A DNA stretch of 32,000 bases from Cereibacter sphaeroides 2.4.1. Its GTDB lineage: Bacteria > Pseudomonadota > Alphaproteobacteria > Rhodobacterales > Rhodobacteraceae. A program made the position numbers and the translations under genes. Below, in pieces: positions 9,910-18,854 of the stretch (position 1 is its first letter; each line of letters begins with the position of its first letter). Location: assembly GCF_000012905.2 (NCBI RefSeq), contig NC_007493.2:1380001-1412000 (forward strand), written 5' to 3'. The notes below the pieces were generated by a model that was given only the letters and a program-made list of their open reading frames with translations, ran no database searches and was not told where the DNA came from.

Positions 9910-10073
9910 CCCGCAAGCCCGTGGCCCTCGTGGTGGTGCTGGCCGTCGCCTGCGTGCTGGCCCTCGACCGGGCGGTCAGCGCGCCGCCCAATCCCTATCA
10001 GGCGCCGCCGCTTCTGGCGCTCGGCTCGGGGCTCGCCCCGGGCGGAGCCCATTGTTCCGCCGCCGGATCCTGA
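9906..10073 (+). CDS. small membrane/secreted protein coupled to the YeeE gene
   Basis: 55 aa (MTRKPVALVVVLAVACVLALD...). The ATG overlaps the YeeE stop (ATGA at 9906-9909). One N-terminal hydrophobic segment. It is in frame within the spurious 8973..10073 track ORF. Confidence 0.35.
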   Translation: MTRKPVALVVVLAVACVLALDRAVSAPPNPYQAPPLLALGSGLAPGGAHCSAAGS

Positions 10074-10112
10074 CCGACCGCCCCCCTCGGGGGCGTGCTG
10101 CCGCCCGACAGA

Positions 10113-10144
10113 AACGGCGCCCTCCGGGGCGCCGTTCGCGTTTT
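10113..10144 (+). terminator. rho-independent terminator after the rhodanese-YeeE operon
   Basis: 10-bp stem AACGGCGCCC-tccg-GGGCGCCGTT (10113-10136) followed by cgcgTTTT. A second hairpin, CGCCCCC-ctc-GGGGGCG, precedes it at 10079-10095. Confidence 0.6.
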
Positions 10145-10201
10145 CGGCACCCCCCGGCCGCTGTCTCCGCCGCACCCGACCAAACGGCTACGGAATTTTC
10201 G

Positions 10202-10230
10202 TTGACAGATGCGTGAACTGGTTAGCTATT
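10202..10230 (+). promoter_or_regulatory. candidate sigma-70-type promoter for the dehydrogenase/cytochrome operon
   Basis: Consensus TTGACA (10202-10207), 17-nt spacer, GCTATT (10225-10230). It lies ~120 nt upstream of the ATG at 10348. Confidence 0.4.
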
Positions 10231-10347
10231 CTGACCGCACGGCGCCGTTGGGAGGCGGAGCCGTTTCTGCACGACAGTCCGGATCCCTGCTGCGCCGTCC
10301 TCGGCCGCGGCCTCTCCGGGTGTGACGGTTCAACAAGGGAGGAAAAC

Positions 10348-11604
10348 ATGAAGCGACTGATGACGTCCCTCGCGGCCCTTTCCCTGACCGCGGGACTGGC
10401 CCATGCGCAAGCGGCGGATGTGCCGGACAATCTCGAGAAACTGTCGAATTTCCAGAGCACCGGCGCCACCGACTTCACCTTCGTCGAGCAGGGCGGAGAC
10501 TTCGCCGACGGCATCAAGCGCAATCTCGAGCGGATCAAGCTGCCGCAGGGCTTCCGCATCGGCCTCTATGCCGTGGTCCCCGATGCGCGCCACATGGCTG
10601 TGGGGCCGCAGGGCATCGTGACCTTCGTGGGCACCCGCAAGGACAAGGTCTGGGCCGTCACCGACCGCAACAAGGACCGCGTGGCCGATGAGGTGAAGGA
10701 TTTCGCCCCCTCGCTGCGCTTCACCATCCCGAACGGCCCCTGCTTCTCGAAGGACGGCTTCCTCTATATCGCCGAGCAGAACCGCGTGCTTCTCTTTCCC
10801 GCGGCCGAGTTCTTCTATGAATCGGGCGATGTGGCGGCCTTCAACCTCGTGAAGCAGGGCGAGCTGATCCCGGTCGAGGAGGAGAGCTTCAACCACACCG
10901 CCCGCGTCTGCGACATCGGCCCGGACGGCATGATCTACATTACGCTCGGCCAGCCCTTCAACGTGCCCGCGCCCGAGAAGCGCGAGCTCTACGACAAGTG
11001 GGGCATCGGCGGCATCGTGCGGATGAAGACCGACGGCACCGGGCGCGAGGTCTTCGCCCGCGGCATCCGCAACTCGGTCGGCATGGACATCGACCCCGAG
11101 ACCGGCAACGTCTGGTTCACCGACAATCAGGTGGACGGGATGGGCGACGACATTCCGCCGGGCGAGATCAACCGCGCCACGGAACCGGGCCAGAACTTCG
11201 GCTTCCCCTGGTATGGCGGCGGCAGCATCCGCACCAACGAATACAAGGACGAGGAGCCGCCGGCCGATGCCGTGATGCCCGTCGTCGAGATGGACGCCCA
11301 TGCGGCCGATCTCGGGATGATGTTCTACACGGGCTCGATGTTCCCCGAGGAATATCGCGGCGCCATCTTCTCGGCGCAGCACGGCTCGTGGAATCGCACC
11401 ACGCCGGTAGGCGCGCGCGTCATGGTCACGACCCTCGCCGAGGACGGCACCGCCACGACGAAGCCCTTCGCCGAGGGCTGGATCGACGAGAACGGGGAAT
11501 ATCTCGGCCGGCCCGTCGATGTGGCGCAGCTCCGCGACGGCTCGATCCTCGTCTCGGACGATCTCGTGGGCGCGATCTACCGCATCTGGTATCAGCCGGA
11601 ATGA
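10348..11604 (+). CDS. PQQ-dependent sugar (sorbosone/glucose-type) dehydrogenase, periplasmic beta-propeller
   Basis: ATG at 10348 with AAGGGAGGA upstream. Signal peptide MKRLMTSLAALSLTAGLAHAQA. Family-like motifs: HTARVCDIGPDGMIYITLG, RNSVGMDIDPETGNVWFTDNQVDGMGDD, INR...GQNFGFPW. Confidence 0.75.
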   Translation: MKRLMTSLAALSLTAGLAHAQAADVPDNLEKLSNFQSTGATDFTFVEQGGDFADGIKRNLERIKLPQGFRIGLYAVVPDARHMAVGPQGIVTFVGTRKDKVWAVTDRNKDRVADEVKDFAPSLRFTIPNGPCFSKDGFLYIAEQNRVLLFPAAEFFYESGDVAAFNLVKQGELIPVEEESFNHTARVCDIGPDGMIYITLGQPFNVPAPEKRELYDKWGIGGIVRMKTDGTGREVFARGIRNSVGMDIDPETGNVWFTDNQVDGMGDDIPPGEINRATEPGQNFGFPWYGGGSIRTNEYKDEEPPADAVMPVVEMDAHAADLGMMFYTGSMFPEEYRGAIFSAQHGSWNRTTPVGARVMVTTLAEDGTATTKPFAEGWIDENGEYLGRPVDVAQLRDGSILVSDDLVGAIYRIWYQPE

Positions 11605-12197
11605 GACGGCTTGGCTTTCTGGCCGGTCTGGGCGGGGTTCTCCTCGCCCAGGCCGTCGCCGCCGAGCAGCCGGCGCCTCCCGAGGGCAATCCTGCCGCCG
11701 GCAAGGTGGCGGCGGGTCTCTGCCGCACCTGCCACGGGCTGAACGGCTTCGCCCGCATCCCCATCGCCCCCCATATCGGGGGCGAGCACCCGTCCTACAT
11801 CCGCCACCAGCTCGAGGCCTTCCGCTCGGGCACCCGCCAGCACGAGATCATGTCGGTGGTCGCGGCCTCGCTCAGCGACGCGCAGATCGCCGACCTCTCG
11901 GCCTGGTTCGCGATGCAGAAGATCCATGTGGCGCTGAAGCCCGGCGTCGATCCCCATGCGGCGCCCGAGGCCTGCGCGCTCTGCCACGGGGCCGACGGGG
12001 TGGCCGTGCTCGAGGATGCGCCGAACCTTGCGGGCGAGAACTCGGTCTATCTCGAAACCCAGCTCAAGGCCTTCCGCACCGGCAAGCGGACGCACGAGAT
12101 CATGTCGCCCATCGCGGCAGAGCTCACCGACGCCGAGATCCGGGCGGCCGCCGACTGGTATGCGGCCGTCCAGCTCGAGATCGACCCGCCGCCGTGA
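11601..12197 (+). CDS. di-haem cytochrome c (c4-like)
   Basis: 198 aa. ATGA overlap with the dehydrogenase stop. Signal peptide. Two CXXCH motifs (CRTCH, CALCH), each followed by an HEIMS Met-ligand region. The two halves are clearly duplicated. Confidence 0.85.
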   Translation: MRRLGFLAGLGGVLLAQAVAAEQPAPPEGNPAAGKVAAGLCRTCHGLNGFARIPIAPHIGGEHPSYIRHQLEAFRSGTRQHEIMSVVAASLSDAQIADLSAWFAMQKIHVALKPGVDPHAAPEACALCHGADGVAVLEDAPNLAGENSVYLETQLKAFRTGKRTHEIMSPIAAELTDAEIRAAADWYAAVQLEIDPPP

Positions 12198-12201
12198 CGC
12201 C

Positions 12202-12221
12202 GCCGGCCCCGACGGGCCGGC
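12202..12221. terminator. GC hairpin between convergent genes (possible bidirectional terminator)
   Basis: GCCGGCCC-cgac-GGGCCGGC lies between the cytochrome c stop (12197) and the stop of the minus-strand gene (12223). There is no clear T tract. Confidence 0.35.
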
Positions 12222-12222
12222 C

Positions 12223-12552
12223 TCAGGCGAAAGCGGCGCCGCGGCGCATGGCCTGATCCTCCAGCGCCACGCGCTCGGAGGTCTTCTGCAAGCCATGGAC
12301 CAGCGAGACGCCCATGAAGAAATGGTAGAGGATCGTGCCCGGCAGCAGGTGCAGCAGGTAGCCCCAGCCGCCCCAGACGGTCGCCAGCGCCACGACCACG
12401 AGCGAGCCCACGAAGGAGAGCGTGAAGCAGCAGAGGATCGCGAGCCCGTTGACGCCGGTGTAGCGCCCGACGATGGCGCGCCGCTCGATCTCGGTCGCCC
12501 CGAAGAGGAGGGCCAGCGAGGCGGCGAGCGACAGGGTGAGAAAGAGGAACAT
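12223..12552 (-). CDS. small integral membrane protein, unknown function
   Basis: 109 aa. ATG with GGAAGGA upstream. Three hydrophobic helices (FLFLTLSLAASLALLF, LAILCCFTLSFVGSLVVVALATVW, LLHLLPGTILYHFFMGV). Confidence 0.6.
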   Translation of the reverse strand: MFLFLTLSLAASLALLFGATEIERRAIVGRYTGVNGLAILCCFTLSFVGSLVVVALATVWGGWGYLLHLLPGTILYHFFMGVSLVHGLQKTSERVALEDQAMRRGAAFA

Positions 12553-12822
12553 GGCAAATCCTTCCGATCCGGCCCCGGCACGAGGCAGGCTCCGGCCGGG
12601 GACAGACCCTGCATAGATCCGGCGATCCGTCCGGACAATGAGACGAGATGACCTCCCCGGGGCCAGAGAGAGGTCCCGGGAAGAAGGGCGGGCGACGCTA
12701 TGCAGCAGGCGAACGCCCCCGCGCCGAGTGGCGGTGCCGGTTCTCTTGCGCTAGGTGCGGGGGGCAGCGGCTCGGGGCGCGCGGCCCGAAGCCCAGGTCG
12801 CAGGCCCGAAGGAAGTGCCGTC

Positions 12823-13914
12823 ATGACGACGCTGAGACTGAGCCAGACCGGCAACCGCATCGAGCTGAGCGGCGGCAACAGGTCGGTCGCCTACGCCATC
12901 GCCGGCGTGGATCTGCCGGAGCTCACCGACATGAGCTTCGCCGTCTGGCACATGCTCCCGCTCGCTATGAAGAGCGGGACGGACCTGCATGTCGACGGTC
13001 CCGTGGACCCTCTCACCTGCGAGAATGCCGAACGGATGTCGCGGACGTGGGAGCTGTGGCGGCCGCAGGACTTCAGGGCGGTGAAGGTCACGGCCCTTCC
13101 GGGCGGCCCGCGGAGGACGGGCCGCAAGGAAGAGCTCGTGATGTTCTCGGGCGGCGTCGATTCGACCTACATGCTGCTCGAGCGGGGGCGAAGGCCCGAG
13201 CCCGTCGCGGCGCTCACGGTGCAGGGCATGGAATACGGCCACGGGGCCGACGCGCAGTTCCAGCGCTCCCTGCGCCATTCCCAGCCCCTCCTTGACGCGC
13301 TGAATTACCGACGCATCACCGTGACCTCCGATCTGCGACGCAGCGTCAAGGGCTACCACACCTACGCCTCGGTGATCGCGGGCTATGCCTTCCTGTTCGG
13401 CGACCTGTTCGAGGCGGGCCTTTTCGCGGCCGATCTCAGCTGGGAGCAGGACCTGCTCCTGTTTCCCTGGTCGCTCAACCATGTCACGAACCGCTATTTC
13501 GTGTCGGGCGACTTCTCCTGCCGGGCGGTCAACGACGATGTGACCCGCGCGCAGAAGGTGGAAGCGATCGCCGAGAGCCCGGTGGCTCTCGCCTCGGTGT
13601 CCTTCTGCATCGACAAGACCATCCGGCCGCAGAACTGCGGCAAATGCCGCAAATGCATGCGCACCAAGGCCATGTTCGCGGGTCTCACGGGCGGCGTGCC
13701 CGAGGGCGTGTTTCTCGATGCAAGTCCGCCATACATCACCCACGCGGACATGCTGGGCGACGAGCGCGCCTTCATCTTCGACCTCTACCAGCGCGTCCGG
13801 GACAGGGGCCGGCTCGACGCCGTGCCGGGTCTTCAGGAAGCCGTGGACGGATTTCTCGCGCGCGGCCGGTGGCAGCGGCGCTGGGACCGGCTCCTCAAGC
13901 GCCGCTCTCGCTGA
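12823..13914 (+). CDS. PP-loop (adenine-nucleotide alpha-hydrolase) superfamily enzyme with an unknown N-terminal domain
   Basis: 363 aa from the ATG at 12823, with GAAGGAAG 7 nt upstream. PP-loop motif ELVMFSGGVDSTYML at ~res 105-119. C-terminal Cys cluster FCIDK...QNCGKCRKCMRTK is reminiscent of QueC-type Zn sites. The opposite-strand ORF 12751..13932 is an R/H/A-rich shadow ORF. Confidence 0.65.
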   Translation: MTTLRLSQTGNRIELSGGNRSVAYAIAGVDLPELTDMSFAVWHMLPLAMKSGTDLHVDGPVDPLTCENAERMSRTWELWRPQDFRAVKVTALPGGPRRTGRKEELVMFSGGVDSTYMLLERGRRPEPVAALTVQGMEYGHGADAQFQRSLRHSQPLLDALNYRRITVTSDLRRSVKGYHTYASVIAGYAFLFGDLFEAGLFAADLSWEQDLLLFPWSLNHVTNRYFVSGDFSCRAVNDDVTRAQKVEAIAESPVALASVSFCIDKTIRPQNCGKCRKCMRTKAMFAGLTGGVPEGVFLDASPPYITHADMLGDERAFIFDLYQRVRDRGRLDAVPGLQEAVDGFLARGRWQRRWDRLLKRRSR

Positions 13915-13947
13915 GACGCGACGGCCCTCCATCCTGCCGCGCCGCGG

Positions 13948-14715
13948 TCAGTCCGCCTCGAGATGCCGGCGCACGTTGCGCCCGAGGATCACGCGCGGCG
14001 CGTGGGGCAGGGCCAGCCGCTTCCGCAGCAGACGCTTTTCCGACAGCGGCTCGTGCGCGCCGCGCGCATCGACCCAGGCCCGCGCCTCCGCGCCGCTCCG
14101 GATGGCATCGTTGTAGCCGCTCGCATAGCGGGTCTCGAAGAAGGTGAAGCCGTGGATCGCCAGCTCGGAGGCGGGGGTGGCGAGGAAGAACAGGATCGCC
14201 GAAATCCCCACGGTGGGCGCGCGATTGCCCAGATCCGCCCGGATCTCCTGCATGATCTCCGGCGGCAGGATGCTGAGGGGCGGCCCTCCCGCCCGCTTCA
14301 GCGCGGCGCGCTTGGCGCGGTAGGCCCGCCGGTCCGCCGAGCGGCGCCAGTGCGGATAGACCAGCATCGAGACGCCCTTGTCGGTCAGAAGGCTGGCCGG
14401 GATCTCTCCGGCATTGCGCGGCCCCGTCTCGCGCAGGTTGTGAACGAGGATGTCGGTGCGCCGTCCGAACAGGTCCGGACGGGTGTCGGCGAGGCTCAGC
14501 CCGTTGTTGAGCCGGACGACCACATCGAACCCGTCGACCACGGTGCCTTCGAGATCGTCCGCCAGCGTCTCGGCAGGGCCGATCACGATGACCCGGCGGC
14601 CCGCGAAGCGCTCAGGGTCGAGGATGTCGGGCGCGCCCGGAAGTCCGGGCCAGAGCGCGATCCGGTTGCGCAGGCTGCGCTGATGCCGCTCGAGCGAGCG
14701 AAGCAGGGTCATCAT
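13948..14715 (-). CDS. GT29 (sialyltransferase-like) family glycosyltransferase
   Basis: 255 aa. Sialyl-motif-like elements appear in order: L-like RRVIVIGPAETLADDLEGTVVDGFDVVVRLNN, S-like PTVGISAILFFLATPASELAIHGF, VS-like HEPLSE. Confidence 0.6.
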   Translation of the reverse strand: MMTLLRSLERHQRSLRNRIALWPGLPGAPDILDPERFAGRRVIVIGPAETLADDLEGTVVDGFDVVVRLNNGLSLADTRPDLFGRRTDILVHNLRETGPRNAGEIPASLLTDKGVSMLVYPHWRRSADRRAYRAKRAALKRAGGPPLSILPPEIMQEIRADLGNRAPTVGISAILFFLATPASELAIHGFTFFETRYASGYNDAIRSGAEARAWVDARGAHEPLSEKRLLRKRLALPHAPRVILGRNVRRHLEAD

Positions 14716-14916
14716 CGCGCTGCAACCTCGGCCGGAAGCTCAGCCGGGCACCGCCGCCTGCGCCCTCTGCCCGTCGAAATCTGCACCCGATCCTCCTTCC
14801 GGTCCCGGTTCGCCGTCCTGCGTCTCTCTTGCGCATCCGGGCCCTCCGCGCAATCGCGCGCTTGCATCGATTGGGGGGGCATGGTCTCACTCCGAACGAG
14901 CAACAGAGGGATCGTC

Positions 14917-15849
14917 ATGATCGATGCCGTCGTGACCTGGGTGGATGGTGCCGATCCGGCCCATCACGCCAAGCGCCTGCGTCATCAGGGGGAGGCGGGC
15001 GTTCATCAGGCGGCAACCGCTCCGACCCGCTTCGCCCATTCCGGCGAGATCCGCTTCTGCGTCCTGTCCCTCCTGCGCTTCTGCCCCTTCGTCGAGCGCA
15101 TCCACATCGTCACCGACGACCAGCATCCCGCCGTGCTGGACCCGATCCTCGACGATCCGCACTGGCGGGACCGCATCGCGGTCGTGGATCACCGCGCCAT
15201 CTACGGCGAGCATGCCGATCTGCTTCCCGTCTTCTCCTCGCGCTCGATCGAGACGATGATCCACCGGATCCCGGGCCTCGCGCCGCGCTTCATCTACCTC
15301 AACGACGACATCTTCGTCGGGCGCCCGCTGGACGAGAGCCATTTCTTCGACGGAGACCGGGCCGTCCTGCGCGGCCGGATGCAGCCCTTTCCCAATCCGC
15401 TCGTCACCCGGCTGAAACGCTGGCTGAAGCGCGAGCGGCCGGGCTACAAGACCGCGCAGCAGGCGGCCGCGCGGCTGACGGGCCGGACGAGCGACTATTT
15501 CCTGACCGAGCACCAGCCGCATCCGATGCACCGCGACAGGCTTGCCAGCTTCTATGCGGGCGATCCGCAGGCGCTGCGCCGGCAGGCGGGCCACCGTTTC
15601 CGCTCGGCAGATCAGGTCTCGCCCATCGGCCTCGCGAACCATCTCGAGATCGAGGCCCGCGCCGTGATCGCGCCGCCGCTCGACGTGGGCTACATCCGCC
15701 CCGGCCGCCCGACCGGCACGGCCCTCGCCCGGACGATGGAGCGGCTCTGCGCCAACGGCTATGCCTCGTTCTGCGTCCAGAGTCTCGACGCCATGTCCGA
15801 GGCCGACCGCCGCTGCGTGCTGGAGGGGCTGGAGCGCCATTACGCCTGA
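14917..15849 (+). CDS. Stealth-family capsular polysaccharide hexose-1-phosphate transferase
   Basis: 310 aa; an alternative ATG lies at 14881. Stealth conserved regions are present: CR1 IDAVVTWVDGADP, CR2 IRFCVLSLLRFCPFVERIHIVTDDQHP, CR3 LPVFSSRSIETMIHRIPGLAPRFIYLNDDIFVGRP. Confidence 0.8.
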   Translation: MIDAVVTWVDGADPAHHAKRLRHQGEAGVHQAATAPTRFAHSGEIRFCVLSLLRFCPFVERIHIVTDDQHPAVLDPILDDPHWRDRIAVVDHRAIYGEHADLLPVFSSRSIETMIHRIPGLAPRFIYLNDDIFVGRPLDESHFFDGDRAVLRGRMQPFPNPLVTRLKRWLKRERPGYKTAQQAAARLTGRTSDYFLTEHQPHPMHRDRLASFYAGDPQALRRQAGHRFRSADQVSPIGLANHLEIEARAVIAPPLDVGYIRPGRPTGTALARTMERLCANGYASFCVQSLDAMSEADRRCVLEGLERHYA

Positions 15850-16847
15850 GCGCCCCGCAGGACGGCGGCATCCGTCCGGCCCACGATTCCGTCGAACAGG
15901 GTGGCACGGGCGCGCGCCGCCCCCTCGCGGTAGCGGGAGAGGGCGGCCCTCTCCGCCTCGGTGAAGGACAGGCCTCCGTCGAGGCGGCGGAGGAAGGCCG
16001 GATCGGTCAGATCCTCCTCGCGGATCAGGCGGTCGGTGTGGCCGAAGACATCCATCAGCACCGCCTCGGTTTTGCCCGTGTTCGAGGCCAGCGCCACGAA
16101 GGGCGTGTCGGTCAGGATCGCCAGCAGGACGCTGTGGAACCGGCCCGTCACCACCAGCTCGGCCCCCGCAACGCGCCGGATGAAGGCGCAGGGATCCGAG
16201 ATCGGCCGCCACTCGCGGATCGCGGGGCTGCGCCGGACCAGACGGCCCATGTCCCGGCGCAGCTTCTCCCACCGGCCGATCCGGGGCTTCATCCGCTCGT
16301 GCCCGGCCCCGACCGCTGCCGCAAACTCGCGCAGGCGGCGGGCGGCCTCGCCCAGCACGCTGTCGGTGACGAGGATGCCGGAGCGTGCCACAGCGGCAGG
16401 CGCGGGCTGCCCGAGCGACAGGTCGGGCGCGCAGCGGGCGGCGATCCCGTGCTGGGCCAGATACCTGAGGCTCCCGGTCTCGCGCACATGGATGGTCGTG
16501 AACTGCCGCAGCCCCTCCAGCGCCGGCAGGTCGAGCGCCTCGAGCGAGGCATTGATCAGATGCGCCGGCACCTGCAGCTTCCGCGCATGAGCGGCCAGAT
16601 CGATCAGGTCCCGCGTCCGCTTGCGCTCGGCCGAGTGATGGATCGTGCCCTCGCCGTTCACGACGATGAGGTCGGGCCGGACCCGGTCGAGCCGGGCGGC
16701 ATGCGGCTTCCAATCCTCGGCCACCGGCCAGAGATAGGCGGGCGCCACATCGCGCGCCGCCAGTTCGCGCAGGATCGTGCCCATCACCGCGGTGCACCCG
16801 TAATGGCCGCTGATCGACGTGTCGTTGAAGATGCCCGCGCGTCGCAT
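15840..16847 (-). CDS. polysaccharide pyruvyl-transferase-like protein
   Basis: 335 aa. ATG with AGGAGAGGG upstream. N-terminal FNDTSISGHYGC and C-terminal VVTGRFHSVLLAILTDTPFVALASNTGK resemble PS_pyruv_trans family members. The 3' end overlaps the Stealth gene by 10 bp, tail to tail. Confidence 0.5.
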   Translation of the reverse strand: MRRAGIFNDTSISGHYGCTAVMGTILRELAARDVAPAYLWPVAEDWKPHAARLDRVRPDLIVVNGEGTIHHSAERKRTRDLIDLAAHARKLQVPAHLINASLEALDLPALEGLRQFTTIHVRETGSLRYLAQHGIAARCAPDLSLGQPAPAAVARSGILVTDSVLGEAARRLREFAAAVGAGHERMKPRIGRWEKLRRDMGRLVRRSPAIREWRPISDPCAFIRRVAGAELVVTGRFHSVLLAILTDTPFVALASNTGKTEAVLMDVFGHTDRLIREEDLTDPAFLRRLDGGLSFTEAERAALSRYREGAARARATLFDGIVGRTDAAVLRGAQA

Positions 16848-16895
16848 TCCCTCTCCTGTTACATTCGTCCGTTCCGGCCCGGCCTCGGCCTCGCC

Positions 16896-18143
16896 TCAGG
16901 CCCGGGCCATCACTCCGGCCCGCCACGCCCGCAGGGGCTCGGCCAGATGCGGGCGCCCGACGCCCTCTCCGTCCTTCAGCCTGCGGAGGAGGCTCGGCGT
17001 GCAGTAGAGCGCGACCGCGAGATCCCGACAGGCCGAGAGATAGGCGAGGCGGCCGGCGTCGTCCTCTCCCAGCCGCGCGATCAGCCCGCGGACCTCGTCG
17101 GGGCGGCAGTAGAAGGCCAGATCGCCGAAGGTCGCCTCGAACCGCGGCGGCAGCAGGACCGGAACGCCCGCCAGATTGGCCTCGACGACGGTCCGGCCGA
17201 AGGCCTCGTGCCGCTCGGGCGAGGGGAAATTGACGAAGACATCGAGCGTGTCGAGATAGGCCTGAACCCCGTCCGTGCCGAAGGGCAGCACCTCCCAGCC
17301 GGCCGGAACCCGGCCCAGCACGCGCGCGGCCGCCGTGGCGCCGCCGAGGATGCGCACCCGGATCGCCGGATCCTCGGCCGGATAGGCGGCCAGAAGCTCC
17401 GCGGGATCCTCCAGCCACTTGCCCGGATGGTCGCGGGCATGGCGGCCGATGACCGTGGGCCGGCCGAACCGCGGATGGGGCGCAAACCGGAAGGCCTCTT
17501 CGTCCAGGACGGGCGGCCAGTCCCGCTCCGACAGCACGTCGGTCACATCGGTGCCGGCGAGATCGCGGGCCGATTCCTCCCGGATGATCGGGCTTGTGGG
17601 GCAGAGCTCCTTCTGCGGCCAGTCGAGATCCGCCACCCGCCGGTGCAGGGCCGGCCAGGAGAAGATCGCGCCGCCGTCCTCGCTGTGCGCCGAGTTGTTG
17701 ACGACGAAGATGGCCCGCTCCGGCCGGATCTTCGGCACCAGCCGGGCGAAGGCCTGTGTCATCATCATCCGGGGCGCGCGCACGATGACGGTCCGGCAGG
17801 AGATGCGCTCGACCCAATGGGCCGAGATCATGCGGCCCAGGACCGGCCGGTAGCGCACGCTCACCCGGTTCCATTTCCAGGGCGAGCTCTTGATGCTGCA
17901 ATGGACGATGGCCACCGACAGGCCGGCCGCCTCGAAGGCCAGCGCCTCGGTCAGCGTCGTCGCCGCATTGCCGCCGGGAAAGGTGCAGTTCGTCACGATG
18001 CAGACATCCACATCGCGGCTCCGCGGAGCCCCGCGGTTGTCGAGCACCAGCACCTCGTCCCCCGTGCCTCCGGCAAGACGCCCTGCCGCAGACCAGAGCC
18101 TGTCGTGCAGGACGAGCTTCCTTGCATCCTTCGGGAGCTGCAT
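16896..18143 (-). CDS. GT4-family (group 1) glycosyltransferase
   Basis: 415 aa from the ATG at 18143, with GGAGG ~12 nt upstream. The ORF-track start at 18224 is further upstream. C-terminal retaining-GT motif NFPSPERHEAFGRTVVEANLAGVPVLLP (EX7E type). Confidence 0.75.
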   Translation of the reverse strand: MQLPKDARKLVLHDRLWSAAGRLAGGTGDEVLVLDNRGAPRSRDVDVCIVTNCTFPGGNAATTLTEALAFEAAGLSVAIVHCSIKSSPWKWNRVSVRYRPVLGRMISAHWVERISCRTVIVRAPRMMMTQAFARLVPKIRPERAIFVVNNSAHSEDGGAIFSWPALHRRVADLDWPQKELCPTSPIIREESARDLAGTDVTDVLSERDWPPVLDEEAFRFAPHPRFGRPTVIGRHARDHPGKWLEDPAELLAAYPAEDPAIRVRILGGATAAARVLGRVPAGWEVLPFGTDGVQAYLDTLDVFVNFPSPERHEAFGRTVVEANLAGVPVLLPPRFEATFGDLAFYCRPDEVRGLIARLGEDDAGRLAYLSACRDLAVALYCTPSLLRRLKDGEGVGRPHLAEPLRAWRAGVMARA

Positions 18144-18458
18144 TTCAGACGTTTCCCCTCCTCTGGGGCGCGGGGGAGAGACTGGTCGAGACGCCTCGTC
18201 CCGCCGCCGGCCGCGGACGCACATGTGGCATCCTTCGGGATCAACCGGAAGGGGAGAGAGAGGTCCCGCCCCCCGTGTCGGCGCCTTCGCAGCGCTTCTC
18301 CGCTCAGGGCACCGGGGGGCAGGGGCGTTCCGCCCCGGGAGGCTTCCCGATGGGGTCAGCCTGCAGCGGCGCTCGGCCTGTCCCGCGCGTGGCGGGCAGC
18401 GCCATCCGCGGTCGCCGGCCGATCGGGCGAGCCCTCCCGGCCCGAACTGCCGGGGACT

Positions 18459-18854
18459 TCAGAAGCCTGCAATCTCGCGCCGGGCCACCATGGCGATGAA
18501 GGCCGACCGGGTCATCCCCCGCGCCGAGGCTGTGGCGTCGATGGCGCGCAAGAGGCCCCGGTCCATCGAGATGTTGACCCGTTCGAGCTTTCCGTCTGCA
18601 GGGACATAGGCGAAGGTCATCAGCGAAGCGCCCTCGGACAGCGCCTTCCGAACCTCCTCGCGAGACCGGATCGCGTCTATGGGGGAGGGCTCGACGGCCG
18701 GCCCGTCCTCGAACCAGAGGTCGAGCGCCTCCACCGCCTTCGCCGAGATGTCGGACCAGTCGTCGGCAGCGGCGAAACATCCCGGCATGTCCGGGAATGT
18801 GAGGCCATAGGACGAGTCCGGCTCTTTGTGAACGACGGCCGTGATCAGCTGCAT
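18459..18854 (-). CDS. hicB: HicB-family antitoxin (HicB fold + C-terminal RHH/CopG-like domain)
   Basis: 131 aa from the ATG at 18854; an alternative ATG lies at 18866. N-terminus MQLITAVVHKEPDSSYGLTFPDMPGCFAAADDWSDISAKAVEALDLW is typical HicB. C-terminus RVNISMDRGLLRAIDATASARGMTRSAFI is RHH-like. Confidence 0.75.
   Translation of the reverse strand: MQLITAVVHKEPDSSYGLTFPDMPGCFAAADDWSDISAKAVEALDLWFEDGPAVEPSPIDAIRSREEVRKALSEGASLMTFAYVPADGKLERVNISMDRGLLRAIDATASARGMTRSAFIAMVARREIAGF

Noticed and set aside
14887-17901. 1004-aa minus-strand ORF
   Set aside because: It is in a different frame from the motif-bearing minus-strand genes 15840..16847 and 16896..18143 and overlaps the Stealth gene antisense. 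Its composition is dominated by R/G/P/A and no motif is present.
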